A stretch of 64,000 nucleotides of DNA from an uncultured Nitrospirota bacterium. GTDB taxonomy: Bacteria > CG2-30-53-67. The notes under the pieces were generated by a model. It had not been told where the DNA came from. It did not search any database and saw nothing but the letters and a program-made list of their open reading frames with translations. A program made the translations under genes and the position numbers. Shown here piece after piece: positions 1 to 10,241 of the stretch (positions are counted from its first letter, which is position 1; each line of letters starts with the position of its first letter). The stretch spans positions 495-64,494 of the forward strand of contig CALZGC010000039.1 in assembly GCA_945786985.1 (NCBI GenBank). Reading direction: 5' to 3'.

Positions 1-204
1 TCCGGCGGTTGAGCCGAGGGTGCAAATCAGCGCATAGAAGAGCGCCTGCTCCGGTGCATTGAGGACCATCACGATCAGGAGCAGATCCGGCGGGATGGGG
101 AAGAAGGATGACTCCGCGAAGGCGAGCGCAAAGAGTGCCACGACCGCATTGTCGGACTGGGCCCACGAAACTGTCCAGGCCTTCAGGTCATGAATCCATT
201 CCAC
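1..204 (-). CDS. DedA/YqaA-family (VTT-domain) inner-membrane protein, 5' part only; gene runs off the left edge
   Basis: Minus-strand translation PVEWIHDLKAWTVSWAQSDNAVVALFALAFAESSFFPIPPDLLLIVMVLNAPEQALFYAL matches the conserved DedA/SNARE-associated N-terminal region. Candidate GTG start near 204 overlaps the pcm 3' end. Confidence 0.5.
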   Translation of the reverse strand, partial: MEWIHDLKAWTVSWAQSDNAVVALFALAFAESSFFPIPPDLLLIVMVLNAPEQALFYALICTLGSTAG

Positions 205-883
205 CGGTTTCCCCCTCCCGGGCGGGGCTCTTCTTCTCCCAGCCGAACCGGCCGATGAGCGGCACGAACTGGCAGGCCGCCAGGTCGACGCGGTCGACCC
301 CCGAGGGGCGCCGTATGACCTTAACCAGCCGCTGCGAGCGACTGTCCCCGAGGGGGATCACCATCCGCCCCCCTACCCGGAGTTGCGCTATCAGGTAGTC
401 CGGCACACGGGGCGACATGGCCGAGACCACAATCGCTTCGAAGGGCCCCTGCTCGGGCCACCCGTAGGTGCCGTCACCAATCCGGAGCGCCACGTTGCTC
501 AACCCCAGGCGATCCAATCTTCGCCAGGCGAGTTTGGAGAGCGGTGCGACCCGCTCCATGCTGAAGACGCGCTGTGCGAGATGCGCCAGCAGAGCGGTTT
601 GATAACCTGAACCGCCGCCGATCTCCAGCACACGGTCTTTTTCAGACAATTCAAGAACCTGCAGAATGGCCGCCAGCGTGGACGGCTGGGAAATGGTCTG
701 GCCGAAACCAATGGGAAGGGATGTATCCTCGTAGGCCCGGGACTGGAACGCCTCCTCCACAAAGAGGTGCCTCGGCACCGCGGCAAAGGCCGCCAGTATT
801 CTCACGTCCCGAACCCCCGCCTTCGGGAGAATCCTTTCCACCAGTTTCTTCCGGGCTATTTCGGGGTGGCTGTACTGCACCAT
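188..883 (-). CDS. pcm: protein-L-isoaspartate O-methyltransferase
   Basis: 231-aa ORF with SAM-MTase motif VLEIGGGSGYQTALLA and the PCMT signature GQTISQPSTLAAILQVLEL. Conserved pcm–surE pairing. Confidence 0.93.
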   Translation of the reverse strand: MVQYSHPEIARKKLVERILPKAGVRDVRILAAFAAVPRHLFVEEAFQSRAYEDTSLPIGFGQTISQPSTLAAILQVLELSEKDRVLEIGGGSGYQTALLAHLAQRVFSMERVAPLSKLAWRRLDRLGLSNVALRIGDGTYGWPEQGPFEAIVVSAMSPRVPDYLIAQLRVGGRMVIPLGDSRSQRLVKVIRRPSGVDRVDLAACQFVPLIGRFGWEKKSPAREGETGGMDS

Positions 884-1006
884 GATTCTGAAGGCACCGC
901 CCTTTCATCCCTCGTTGTCGCACCCATCCTCCCAACCGGGACCGGGAGGCGGGCATTACGGCGGAGGCAGCCGGCCACCCAGACCGCGCGCCCCACCTGC
1001 CGCGGG

Positions 1007-1750
1007 TCATCCCGACAAGATGTCGGTAATCTCCTGCAACACGCCGTGATGGGTCATGTCGAGATGCAGCGGGGTGACCGAGACATAGCCCTGCTCAATG
1101 GCGTCGTAGTCGGTATCGACCTGGCTCTCCGGCACCACTTCTTCGCCGCCGATCCAGTAATAGGGGCGCCCTCGCGGGTCCGTCTTGGCCACGACGGGAT
1201 CTTTGAAAGTACGCCGTCCCATGCGGGTGACCCGCACGCCCCGTATCCGCTCGGCCGGCATATTGGGGACGTTCACATTCAAAAGCGTATCGGGGGGCAA
1301 CCCGTGGTTCGCGACCCGGGCTGTCAGATCGACCACCCGCTCGGCAGCTTCAGCGAAGCGCATGTTGCTGTTTCCCACAAGGGAAACAGCGATGGAAGGA
1401 ATTCCCAGGAGGGCCCCCTCCATGGCAGCCGAGACCGTTCCCGAATAGGTGATGTTGTCGCCCAGGTTACCCCCGCGGTTGATCCCGGAGACGACGAGGG
1501 TCGGTTTTTCTTTCAGGATGCTGTGCACCGCGAGCGTCACACAATCGGTGGGGGTCCCGTTGACACTGTACACATCGGTGTCGAGGCTCTCGACGCGCAG
1601 CGGTTTGTGCAGGGTCAAGGCGTGCCCCACCGCGCTCCGTTCCCGATCGGGCGCCACCACCACCACACGGCCGAGGGTTCCGAGGGTCCGGGCCAGCGCC
1701 TGAATGCCATGGGCCGTCACCCCGTCATCGTTGGAAACAAGGATGAGCAA
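1007..1750 (-). CDS. surE: 5'/3'-nucleotidase SurE
   Basis: LLILVSNDDGVTAHGIQALA...GTPTDCV motifs. Start set at TTG 1750 preceded by GAAGGAG; the longer track ORF (to 1930) would read through a tRNA gene. Confidence 0.88.
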   Translation of the reverse strand: MLILVSNDDGVTAHGIQALARTLGTLGRVVVVAPDRERSAVGHALTLHKPLRVESLDTDVYSVNGTPTDCVTLAVHSILKEKPTLVVSGINRGGNLGDNITYSGTVSAAMEGALLGIPSIAVSLVGNSNMRFAEAAERVVDLTARVANHGLPPDTLLNVNVPNMPAERIRGVRVTRMGRRTFKDPVVAKTDPRGRPYYWIGGEEVVPESQVDTDYDAIEQGYVSVTPLHLDMTHHGVLQEITDILSG

Positions 1751-1790
1751 CTGCGTTCTCCTTCGGACTCCCGTCCCCCCGCCAGCACAA

Positions 1791-1814
1791 ATAAAAAAAG
1801 CCCCGAAAGGGCTC
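1791..1814 (-). terminator. Rho-independent terminator after tRNA-Pro
   Basis: Minus-strand hairpin AGCCC-UUUCG-GGGCU followed by TTTTTTTAT. Confidence 0.5.
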
Positions 1815-1885
1815 GGCAGAATCTGTTCCGCTTTACAAGTGAGAGCACCGATGGACGGGACGGGTTGGCGGGCTTTCCAAAAAAC

Positions 1886-1962
<77 letters not shown>

Positions 1963-2148
1963 CCAAAACATTCCAGCCACGCGGCCCCTGAAATATCGGG
2001 CCCGTCGCCTTTGGATCTTAATGAGTCCCCTGTTTGATGTCAAGGCTTTTCTCCCTTGATTGCCCCGGGCGTTTCTGATATGGTACGCGCTTCATCCTAT
2101 TGGATTTCCCTGTCTCGACACCGGATCATCGCAGCAGAGGGATGCCCC

Positions 2149-2871
2149 ATGATTCACCTGCTCGTCTCGCTCTCCCTGGGAACAGCCGTCTTCTTCGGCC
2201 TCTATTTCGTGACGCACTGGGGGTTCGCCCTGGCGGGCGCGCTCGTGACCATCATGGTCGCGAACTATTTCCTCGGACGGCGCGTGAACAAAGCCATCAC
2301 GGCACTCATGGAGCAGGTGGCCGTTGACATCAAGACCGGGAAACTGGACCGCGCCATCCACTCTCTGGAAGGCGGGTTGAAATACAGCCGGTACCAGTTC
2401 TTTATCAAATCCCAACTTATGGCACAGATCGGCGTCATTCACTACATCAAGAAGGACTTCAACGCGGCCTTTTCGTTCCTGCAGCAGGGCTTTGCCCGGC
2501 ACTGGGTCGCCCAGGGGATGCTGGGCGCCATTTACATGCGTCGGAAGGACCGGGAGAACATGGTGAAAACGTTCAACCGCGCGGTGCGATACAACCGCAA
2601 GGAAGGGCTGCTCTGGAACCTCTATGCCTACTGCCAGCTCCGGCTGGGTGAGCGCGACGCGGCCATTCAGACCCTGGTGCGGGCCTCCAAGAAACTGCCC
2701 AGCGATGAAAAAATCCGAAACAACCTGATTAATCTTCAGAACAACCGGAAAATCAAAATGAAGCACTACGGTGAGATGTGGCTGCAGTTTCACCTCGAGA
2801 AAATGCCCGGGGGCGTTGGCCGCCGCCCGCCCTTCCCCGCCTCCCAGCGGAAACGGATTATCCGCCGCTGA
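2149..2871 (+). CDS. membrane-anchored TPR-like repeat protein (hypothetical)
   Basis: Two N-terminal hydrophobic helices (HLLVSLSLGTAVFFGLYFV, ALAGALVTIMVANYF) followed by TPR-like helical repeats. Start chosen at ATG 2149 after a GAGGGA RBS. Confidence 0.55.
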   Translation: MIHLLVSLSLGTAVFFGLYFVTHWGFALAGALVTIMVANYFLGRRVNKAITALMEQVAVDIKTGKLDRAIHSLEGGLKYSRYQFFIKSQLMAQIGVIHYIKKDFNAAFSFLQQGFARHWVAQGMLGAIYMRRKDRENMVKTFNRAVRYNRKEGLLWNLYAYCQLRLGERDAAIQTLVRASKKLPSDEKIRNNLINLQNNRKIKMKHYGEMWLQFHLEKMPGGVGRRPPFPASQRKRIIRR

Positions 2872-2877
2872 CAGCCG

Positions 2878-4656
2878 TCACGCCTCTGTGCCTGCATTGC
2901 CGTTCTCCGCTCCCTCCCACATCAAGGCTTCAGGAAAACGCGCGCGCATATAGGCCTTCGTATACTCCTCGATTTCCCGCGCGGTGGAGAGCTGCAGGAT
3001 CTGACGGGCCAGCCGTTTGGACTCCTCCACCGTTACTTCTCGCAGGACCCTTTTGACCCGGGGCACGGAAACAGGGTTCATACTGAAGTCCCTCAGGCCC
3101 AATCCCAGAAGGGCCGCCGCATACAGAGGCTCTCCCGCCACCTCCCCGCACATGGCGGCCGGAATGTCGGCAGCCTCCGCACCAGTCATGACGTTTCGAA
3201 TCATCCGCATGATGGCCGGATGGAGGGGCTCATAGAGATAGGCCACATCCTCGTTCACTCGATCGATGGCCAGTGCATACTGGATCAGATCGTTGGTACC
3301 GATACTCAGAAAATCGGATTCCGCGGCGATCATGTCCACCACAATTGCGGCCGACGGGACTTCAATCATGGAGCCCAGGGGGATGTTCTCCTGAAATGGC
3401 ACCCCCTCTTTGCGAAGCTCGTCACACACGCGGTAGAACATCTCCTTGGCCAGGCGCAGCTCCCGAAGGCCTGAGATCATGGGAAACATGATTTTGAGAT
3501 TCCCGTACACACCGGCCCGGGCCAGCGCCCGCAGCTGCGTCCTGAACATTTTCGGATGGTGCAGACACAACCGAATGGCTCGCAGCCCCATGGACGGATT
3601 GCTTTCACCCGAATAGGGGATATGACCAATGAGCTTGTCGCCTCCGAGATCGAGCGTCCGGATCGTCACCGGTTCCGGGTGGACCATCTCGATGACGCTC
3701 TTGTAAGCCTCGAGCTGTTCCGCTTCACTGGGAAGCTCCCGCCGCTTCAGATAAAGAAACTCCGTCCTGAAGAGCCCGACTCCATCGGCGCCGTGCTCCA
3801 GCACACCGCAGACATCGTCGGGGGTCTCGATGTTCGCCGACAGACGGAGCTTGCAACCATCCTTTGTTTCGGCCGGGAGCAAGGCCAGCTTATGAAGCTC
3901 CCGCTCGAAATAGATGAAACGCCTCTGTTTTTCCAGATAGCGGTTGAAGGTCTGGCTGTCCGGATGAACGATCACGATCCCACTGTCTCCGTCCAGAATC
4001 AGAGGATCCCCCGTCCGCACACGGGCGGTGATATGGCGCATGCCCACCACCGCAGGGATCTCCAGGGACCGGGCCATGATGACGGTGTGGCTCGTCTTGC
4101 CGCCCAGATCGGTGGCAAATCCCTTGACGTGCTGTCGGTCCATCTGGATCGTGTCGGCGGGCGTCAGATCGTGGGCCACCACAATGACATCCTCTTTCAG
4201 ATCGGCCAGAGTGACCTGTTCGTGTCCCGCGAGGTTACGCAAAATCCGCTCCGCCACATGGACGACATCCGCTTGGCGCTCCTTGAGATAATCGTCCTCG
4301 ATGGCATTGAAGATCGCTATGAACTTGTCCAGAACTTTCTTCAGGGCACCCTCCGCCATGATCCGCTCGTCCCGGATCACCCGTCGCGTCCCTTCGGTCA
4401 GCATGTCGTCTTTCAGCATCAGGATATGGCTGTCGAGAATGTAGCTGTGGGACTCGCCGATCCGATCACTGAACTGCTTTTTGACCGTTTCGAGCTGCTC
4501 GACGGAGCTGGCCAGGGCCTGATCAAAACGGAGAATTTCCGACGCCACGCTCTCTGCAGGGATCGTACGGGTCTGTACATCAACCCGTTCACGATTGAGC
4601 AGCCAGGCCTTGCCAATGACGATGCCCGGAGACGCCCCCATACCCTGTAGTCTCAT
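2878..4656 (-). CDS. ptsI: phosphoenolpyruvate–protein phosphotransferase (PTS Enzyme I)
   Basis: 592 aa with HPr-binding N-domain, phospho-His region GGKTSHTVIMARSLEIPAVVG and PEP-utilising C-domain GTNDLIQYALAIDR. Confidence 0.95.
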   Translation of the reverse strand: MRLQGMGASPGIVIGKAWLLNRERVDVQTRTIPAESVASEILRFDQALASSVEQLETVKKQFSDRIGESHSYILDSHILMLKDDMLTEGTRRVIRDERIMAEGALKKVLDKFIAIFNAIEDDYLKERQADVVHVAERILRNLAGHEQVTLADLKEDVIVVAHDLTPADTIQMDRQHVKGFATDLGGKTSHTVIMARSLEIPAVVGMRHITARVRTGDPLILDGDSGIVIVHPDSQTFNRYLEKQRRFIYFERELHKLALLPAETKDGCKLRLSANIETPDDVCGVLEHGADGVGLFRTEFLYLKRRELPSEAEQLEAYKSVIEMVHPEPVTIRTLDLGGDKLIGHIPYSGESNPSMGLRAIRLCLHHPKMFRTQLRALARAGVYGNLKIMFPMISGLRELRLAKEMFYRVCDELRKEGVPFQENIPLGSMIEVPSAAIVVDMIAAESDFLSIGTNDLIQYALAIDRVNEDVAYLYEPLHPAIMRMIRNVMTGAEAADIPAAMCGEVAGEPLYAAALLGLGLRDFSMNPVSVPRVKRVLREVTVEESKRLARQILQLSTAREIEEYTKAYMRARFPEALMWEGAENGNAGTEA

Positions 4657-4923
4657 TCACTCTTCTCCGAAATTGTCGTTCACCAGTTCGCTCAAGCTCT
4701 GAAGGGCCTGACTCTCGTCAGGCCCTTCGGCCTGAATGATCAACGTGGTGCCCTTGGCCGCAGCGAGCATCATGATTCCCATGATGCTCTTGCCATTCAC
4801 TTCGAGCTGTTCCCGTTTTATGAGGATCTCCGATGCGAAGTTGTTGGCCATTTTGACAAACATGGCTGCGGAACGGGCGTGCATCCCCAGCTTGTTTTGA
4901 ATGACCACTTCTACTTCCTGCAT
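4657..4923 (-). CDS. ptsH: phosphocarrier protein HPr
   Basis: MQEVEVVIQNKLGMHARSAAMFVKMA... with His15 context and the regulatory Ser (GKSIMGIMML). Sits immediately upstream of ptsI. Confidence 0.9.
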   Translation of the reverse strand: MQEVEVVIQNKLGMHARSAAMFVKMANNFASEILIKREQLEVNGKSIMGIMMLAAAKGTTLIIQAEGPDESQALQSLSELVNDNFGEE

Positions 4924-4973
4924 GCTTCGGATCACCACTTTCCGTCCGGATGGACACCAGAACATCTTCCAAT

Positions 4974-5744
4974 TTAAAAAGAGAACCACCCTGTTTGTGC
5001 CAGAAGCTGCGATACCAGCAGCAGGGCCGCCGCCTGGAGCACAAGTGGCACCCCCTTGCGCTCAGCCTTCCAGAGCAGATACACCAGCATCACGAGCAAA
5101 CCGAATAGACCGGCAAAAAAAACCGGCACCTCCGGTCTAACCTGGAGGGCCCACAGCGGAAGCAGGGCGCCGACCATGAAGAGTGTCAGGCCATTCATGC
5201 GATAGATTTTCCGCTGCAGATTGATGGTCTTCAGATACTGAATCAAATCCGCCCCGAAGGCGTAGCCGTTTCGGACACCCGCTACCCGAAGCCACAAGAC
5301 AACGCCGTTGTAGCAGATCAGATAGACCAGGGGCGCCACCGATTCGCTGACGACCGCCAGCATCACCGCCATCAGACCGAGCAGCGGTCTCACACCTCCC
5401 CATACGAAGGAATCCCCCAGGGCGCCAAAGGCTCCCGTCAGACTGCTCTTGAAATTCTCCACATCCTCCACCGATCCCTGCCCCGAAACCAGCCCTTCTT
5501 CCAGACGAAGAACACCTCCGAGGATCATGCCGGCCATATAGGGATTGGTGTTGAACGACTTAAGATGGCGCGCCGCCACGTCCGGGACCGGGGCCGTTTG
5601 CGCTTCATCCTGCTTCAAGAGCGGCATCAGCGCATACCCGAAACCAACACCCTGAAAGTTTTCGTAGTTCCAGGCCGACTGAATGAACAAGCCTCTGCCC
5701 ACAGCCCGCATGAGCGTTCGAAATGGCAGTGCTTTTCTTTCCAT
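4974..5744 (-). CDS. PTS mannose/fructose/sorbose-family IID component
   Basis: IID signature (NYENFQGVGFGYALMPLL) with multi-TM C-terminus. Start uncertain (several in-frame Met). Confidence 0.85.
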   Translation of the reverse strand: MERKALPFRTLMRAVGRGLFIQSAWNYENFQGVGFGYALMPLLKQDEAQTAPVPDVAARHLKSFNTNPYMAGMILGGVLRLEEGLVSGQGSVEDVENFKSSLTGAFGALGDSFVWGGVRPLLGLMAVMLAVVSESVAPLVYLICYNGVVLWLRVAGVRNGYAFGADLIQYLKTINLQRKIYRMNGLTLFMVGALLPLWALQVRPEVPVFFAGLFGLLVMLVYLLWKAERKGVPLVLQAAALLLVSQLLAQTGWFSF

Positions 5745-5750
5745 AACATG

Positions 5751-6521
5751 CTAAACGGACCGGAGCCGTTCCTCCACAAACACGGCGGGGACGGCCGCCA
5801 TCAACAGCGCAGCCAAGGGGACCGTGCCGTCCAGACCAAACCCCAGAAAGACGCCCACCGACACTGCGGCACCTGCGATGGCAAACAGACGGCCCCGGGG
5901 ATGGGACTTGCGCGTCAACAGCGACGCCACCCCCATGGCCGGAATCAGAAAGAAGAAAAGGCGCAAGCCCGGCAGCAACCCATGGGAAAGCAGGCCGTAG
6001 GCGGACCGCAGCGCCCCTGCAGACAGCCACAGAACAGCCAGCGTCACGCAGAAATAATAGAGATAAAAAACACCCACCCCCATCCAGACGGCACGGGCGA
6101 CGCTCCGACCGAAGCTCCCTTCGGCACGGGCCACGTCTATGAGAAAAGCGTTCTGCTGCCGCACCCACCGATCGAGCACGGCCGCAGGCGACATGAGAAG
6201 CCCCACCCACAGGAAAACCCAGGCAATCCAGGCCACGTCCGGCGCGCCACGGCCCGGAGATGCGCCGAGTGCCAGGGCCGCGGTCAGAATCGCCGCAAGC
6301 GTCGCGTCTTTCGGAACATGCCCCCCCACCGGCAGACCCCGCAGCCAGAAAAGCTCCAGCACAGCCCCGATCAGCAGGCCGGTATGAAAATCTCCCATCA
6401 CCAGACCGACGATCGGCGCCGCAACGATGGGCTGGGATATCATGAATTGGCCAAAGGCCAGCCGGTCCAGCCCGATGAGGCCTGCCAGCAGTGCCACCTG
6501 CAAGACTTCCAAGAACGGCAT
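5751..6521 (-). CDS. PTS mannose-family IIC component
   Basis: 256-aa polytopic membrane protein with IIC-Man type sequence, directly between IIB and IID. Confidence 0.85.
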   Translation of the reverse strand: MPFLEVLQVALLAGLIGLDRLAFGQFMISQPIVAAPIVGLVMGDFHTGLLIGAVLELFWLRGLPVGGHVPKDATLAAILTAALALGASPGRGAPDVAWIAWVFLWVGLLMSPAAVLDRWVRQQNAFLIDVARAEGSFGRSVARAVWMGVGVFYLYYFCVTLAVLWLSAGALRSAYGLLSHGLLPGLRLFFFLIPAMGVASLLTRKSHPRGRLFAIAGAAVSVGVFLGFGLDGTVPLAALLMAAVPAVFVEERLRSV

Positions 6522-6542
6522 GGTCAGCCCCTCTGTCGGACG

Positions 6543-7046
6543 TTACCTCTGCCCATGGTCAGGAGAGTGCGGCGGTATTAGTGTGCGGATGTCCACGGGC
6601 GATTCCGCCGGTACCGGTTGCACTTCGATTTTCACCCCCTGCCCCAAAAGGAGTCGAAGGTATCGGAGGTCTCCCTCCGATGCGTTCACACCGCGTCCCA
6701 GAAACGTGGTGGGTCCCTCGGAATGGAGACCGCCGAGATTAAGGGACCCGAGCGAGAGACCCAAGCCCATCGCCGTCAGTACGGCGCCGGGGCCCCGGAA
6801 AAGCAGAATCCCCCTCTGGGCAGCGTACGCCCCCGCGCACCACCGCTGCACCGCCTCCCGGATCGGTACGATTTCGGTCCGAATTCCATAGGGTACAACC
6901 ATCTCCATCACGCTGCACTGAAACTCGTTGGCTGCGGTCGCATCGTCTGCCACCACCACCACGTTGGGACGCAGATGATGAAACCACCCCTCCACCACCT
7001 GCCCGTGAATCAGACGATCATCAATCCGAAACAGAACAATTCCCAT
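6543..7046 (-). CDS. PTS mannose-family IIB component
   Basis: N-terminal MGIVLFRIDDRLIHGQVV is the EIIB-sorbose/mannose phospho-His signature. Confidence 0.9.
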   Translation of the reverse strand: MGIVLFRIDDRLIHGQVVEGWFHHLRPNVVVVADDATAANEFQCSVMEMVVPYGIRTEIVPIREAVQRWCAGAYAAQRGILLFRGPGAVLTAMGLGLSLGSLNLGGLHSEGPTTFLGRGVNASEGDLRYLRLLLGQGVKIEVQPVPAESPVDIRTLIPPHSPDHGQR

Positions 7047-7182
7047 CCGGTTGCACCCTGGGGCGATGACCCCTCTGTAGATCCTCTCGATATGTGCGGC
7101 GCCGCGGCATCATGGTCTCGCTGAAGACGGCTGCCGGAGCAGTTGACCCGAAACGGCTTGCCTCTCCCCGGACGGCAGACCC

Positions 7183-7599
7183 TTACGGGACTTGCCCCTG
7201 CTGCTCCTTGAGCAGGGCACTGGCCACAATGATCCCCCGTTTTCCATAGGCTGCCAGCTGCCCGCACAGCTCGGCAGGCGACGTGCCCTCCCGGGCCGAA
7301 AGCCCCTTGATCAACATGGGCAGGTTGACACCGGTCATCACCTCCACACCGGGGCGGTCCAAAAAAGAGAGGCTGATGTTCGAGGGTGTTCCACCGAACA
7401 TGTCCGCGAGGATGACAACACCGCCCCCGCCATCCGCCTCCTGTATGGCTGCATCAATCTCGGCCCGTGCCGCTTCAGCTGTTTTGGTAAAATCGACGGA
7501 GACTGACCGAAGCCCCTTCTGCGGACCGAGAATGCCCTCGACGCTGGCGCACAACTCCCGCCCTACCTCCGCATGTGTGACAATGACAAACCCTACCAT
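7183..7599 (-). CDS. PTS mannose-family IIA component
   Basis: MVGFVIVTHAEVGRELCASVEGILG (EIIA-Man fold, His10). Start taken at the internal Met; the upstream G/P-rich extension in the track ORF is unlikely to be coding. Confidence 0.8.
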   Translation of the reverse strand: MVGFVIVTHAEVGRELCASVEGILGPQKGLRSVSVDFTKTAEAARAEIDAAIQEADGGGGVVILADMFGGTPSNISLSFLDRPGVEVMTGVNLPMLIKGLSAREGTSPAELCGQLAAYGKRGIIVASALLKEQQGQVP

Positions 7600-7646
7600 T
7601 TCCTGTAAGCTCCTTTCCTCGAACCGTATCGGACGGCGGGCCGACG

Positions 7647-8516
7647 TCAGCCGCGCGAGATGTCCCGGTAACGGATGGACGTTTGGTAACCCTGGGCTTC
7701 CAGGTGTTCCTGCACCAGGTCGGCAATAACCACCGATCGGTGCCGTCCGCCCGTGCACCCGAATCCGAGGGTGAAATAGGACTTCCCTTCCCGAATATAT
7801 CGCGGTACGAGATAATCAAGCAAGGCATGCAGACGTTTCAGATATTCCCGGGTTTCGTCCCGCTCCGCGACATATTTGATCACCTCCGGAGATCTTCCGG
7901 TTTGCTCCCGCAGCTGATCCACGAAATAGGGGTTCTTCAAAAACCGCACATCGAGAATCATGTCGGACTCGGAGACGATCCCGTATTTGAACCCGAAGGC
8001 CACCAAAAGAATGGCCATCTTACTTCCGCTGACTGTGCGGGCGAAGTGTTTTTTCAGAACTTCTCGCAGATCATGAACGGAAAAATCGGACGTATCCAGA
8101 ATGATGTCCGCGTCTTCTTTCATCCCGGCCAGCATTTCGCGCTCCTGGGCAAGCCCCTCCTGCACGGACGCTTTGGCCAGCGGGTGCTTTCTGCGCGTTT
8201 CATTGAACCGCCGGATGAGCACAGCATCCGACGCTTCCAGAAAGAGCACCGTCAACGCAATGCCGCGATTCCTGATGACATCAAAGACCTCACTGTAGCT
8301 TTGAAGAAATTTCTTCTCCCGAATATCGACCCCCAGAGCCACCCGGTCGATTTCATTTCCGGGCTGCTCACAGAGCATGAGGAACTTGGGAATCAGATCG
8401 GTGGGCAGATTGTCCACACAAAAAAAACCCATGTCCTCAAAGTGACGGGCGGCCGTGCTCTTTCCGGAACCCGAGATTCCGGTGATGATCACTACACTAA
8501 GTTCCTGATTCATCAC
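7647..8516 (-). CDS. rapZ: RNase adaptor protein RapZ (YhbJ)
   Basis: P-loop ITGISGSGKST, full-length RapZ/YhbJ similarity, canonical position after ptsN/hprK. Confidence 0.93.
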   Translation of the reverse strand: MMNQELSVVIITGISGSGKSTAARHFEDMGFFCVDNLPTDLIPKFLMLCEQPGNEIDRVALGVDIREKKFLQSYSEVFDVIRNRGIALTVLFLEASDAVLIRRFNETRRKHPLAKASVQEGLAQEREMLAGMKEDADIILDTSDFSVHDLREVLKKHFARTVSGSKMAILLVAFGFKYGIVSESDMILDVRFLKNPYFVDQLREQTGRSPEVIKYVAERDETREYLKRLHALLDYLVPRYIREGKSYFTLGFGCTGGRHRSVVIADLVQEHLEAQGYQTSIRYRDISRG

Positions 8517-9447
8517 GATTCCGATCTATCTCCTCCATAAGTCTTTTCTCGAAACGGCGCGCCGCAAAATGACCCGTCGACTTCAGCAGGTGGTTCCGTG
8601 CAGCGACCTCGATGATCAGCGCCATGTTGCGCCCAGGAGTCACCGGCATTCGAAGGAATGGCTTCCGCACATCCATGATAGTGAATGTCTGCTCCTCCAA
8701 ACCGAGTCGGTCGACGCTCTCCGAAGACGACCACTCGACAAGTTCGACAATCAGGTCAATCTCCCTGCGCTTCTGGATGCAAGAAACGCCATAGAGGTCC
8801 TGGATATTGATTACCCCCAGCCCCCGGATTTCCATGTGCTGGCGCGTCAGGTCGGGACTGCTGCCAATGAGCGTGTCTGGGCTCTTCTTCTTGATGCCCA
8901 CCACATCATCCGCCACCAGTCTGTGACCCCGATCAATGAGATCCAGGGCTGCTTCACTCTTGCCGATGCCGCTCTTGCCCAGGATCAGAATGCCCACCCC
9001 GTAGACGTCGACCATAACTCCTGAGCGTGTCAGGCGGTGCGCGAGGGCATCTTCCAGATAGGCAGTGACCCATTTGATGGTGCGTGAGCTGAAATGGGGC
9101 GTGCGCAGGAGCGGAATGCGCTTGGCGTCACAGACCCGGACCAGTTCATCGGGGATCTCCAGGCCTTTGGTGACGATGAGACAGGGCACACCGCTTTCGC
9201 CGAAGGCCTCCAGCCTTCGAAGCCGCTCCTGCGGGTTCAGGGTCAGAAGATAGTTGATCTCGGTCTCACCGAGAAACTGAATCTTCGCCGCATCGATGTG
9301 ATCGACGTAGCCGGTCAGAGCCAGGCTGGATTTTTGGATACGGGGCTTGCCAATCTGATTCGCCAGCCCCCCCTGCCCTCCAACCAGTTCCACCTGAAGC
9401 CTCTGCTGAGCGGCGTGGAAGAGCTCTTCGACTGATACGTCCCTCAT
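8497..9447 (-). CDS. hprK: HPr kinase/phosphorylase
   Basis: Walker A GKSGIGKSE and the HprK C-terminal domain (LIGSSPDLTRQHMEIRGLGVINI). 20-nt overlap with rapZ. Confidence 0.93.
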   Translation of the reverse strand: MRDVSVEELFHAAQQRLQVELVGGQGGLANQIGKPRIQKSSLALTGYVDHIDAAKIQFLGETEINYLLTLNPQERLRRLEAFGESGVPCLIVTKGLEIPDELVRVCDAKRIPLLRTPHFSSRTIKWVTAYLEDALAHRLTRSGVMVDVYGVGILILGKSGIGKSEAALDLIDRGHRLVADDVVGIKKKSPDTLIGSSPDLTRQHMEIRGLGVINIQDLYGVSCIQKRREIDLIVELVEWSSSESVDRLGLEEQTFTIMDVRKPFLRMPVTPGRNMALIIEVAARNHLLKSTGHFAARRFEKRLMEEIDRNRDESGT

Positions 9448-9635
9448 AAAGAACCCCGCAGAGTAAACACTGCCCGATGAAGCAGGCCTGTTCGTGTCGA
9501 CCGCGCTGTGGCGGTCCCGGTTTCAATAAGGAGGCATCCTGGGATGGAAAGAGACTCTCGAGACGGCGGCCGGCATGCCCATCGCCCGCGCACGGCGGCC
9601 TCACCGTCAAAGAAGCCATACCCGGAGGACAGGTT

Positions 9636-10103
9636 TCAAGGGCCGTACTGCTCATCCTCTTTGCAGATCTCGTTGTAGATCTCTTCGGCCGCCTCTTGTT
9701 GCTGAAGGCGTTCCCGGAAACTCCGATTTTTCAAGATTCTCGAGATTCTTGCGAGAGCTTTCAAATGGTCCCCGGGGGAGTCCTCGGGTGCGATGAGAAC
9801 AAAGAAGATGTGCACCGGCTTTCCATCCATGGCATCAAAGTCGATCCCCGATCGCGACAGACCGAAAGAAAGAATCAAGTTATTGAGGCTCTTGAGCTTT
9901 CCGTGGGGTATGGCAATCCCATCACCGATGCCGGTGCTCCCGAGAGCTTCCCGGGCAAGTATCACTTCCAGAAACTCATGGCTGTCCCGAATCTTGCTGT
10001 TCCTGTGAAGAAGTGCTGAGAACTCATTGAGCACTTCCCGCTTGTTCTGGCCCTTCAGGTCGTGTAACACCAATTTGGGATCGAGAATATCCGTTAGCCT
10101 CAT
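9636..10103 (-). CDS. ptsN: PTS IIA-Ntr (nitrogen regulatory EIIA)
   Basis: EIIA-fructose/Ntr fold with phospho-His context GIAIPHGKL. Start set at MRLTDIL (the track ORF has an Arg/Gly-rich spurious extension). Confidence 0.88.
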   Translation of the reverse strand: MRLTDILDPKLVLHDLKGQNKREVLNEFSALLHRNSKIRDSHEFLEVILAREALGSTGIGDGIAIPHGKLKSLNNLILSFGLSRSGIDFDAMDGKPVHIFFVLIAPEDSPGDHLKALARISRILKNRSFRERLQQQEAAEEIYNEICKEDEQYGP

Positions 10104-10241
10104 GGGTTGCCTCTTTCTATGGTCTGCCTCCGTTCCACCCCACCGCTGGATGGCGCCCCTGCACCCAGGTCCCCGGTCTCTGCACCGGGCGCCATGGGCC
10201 GCACCGGGCCCCACTTCTGTGACCGTTTTTTGATTACCTGA

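Noticed and set aside
3556-4650. 364-aa plus-strand ORF
   Set aside because: Antisense to ptsI; no recognisable domains.
5565-6581. 338-aa plus-strand ORF rich in His/Arg/Gln/Pro
   Set aside because: Antisense to PTS IIC/IID; compositionally biased.
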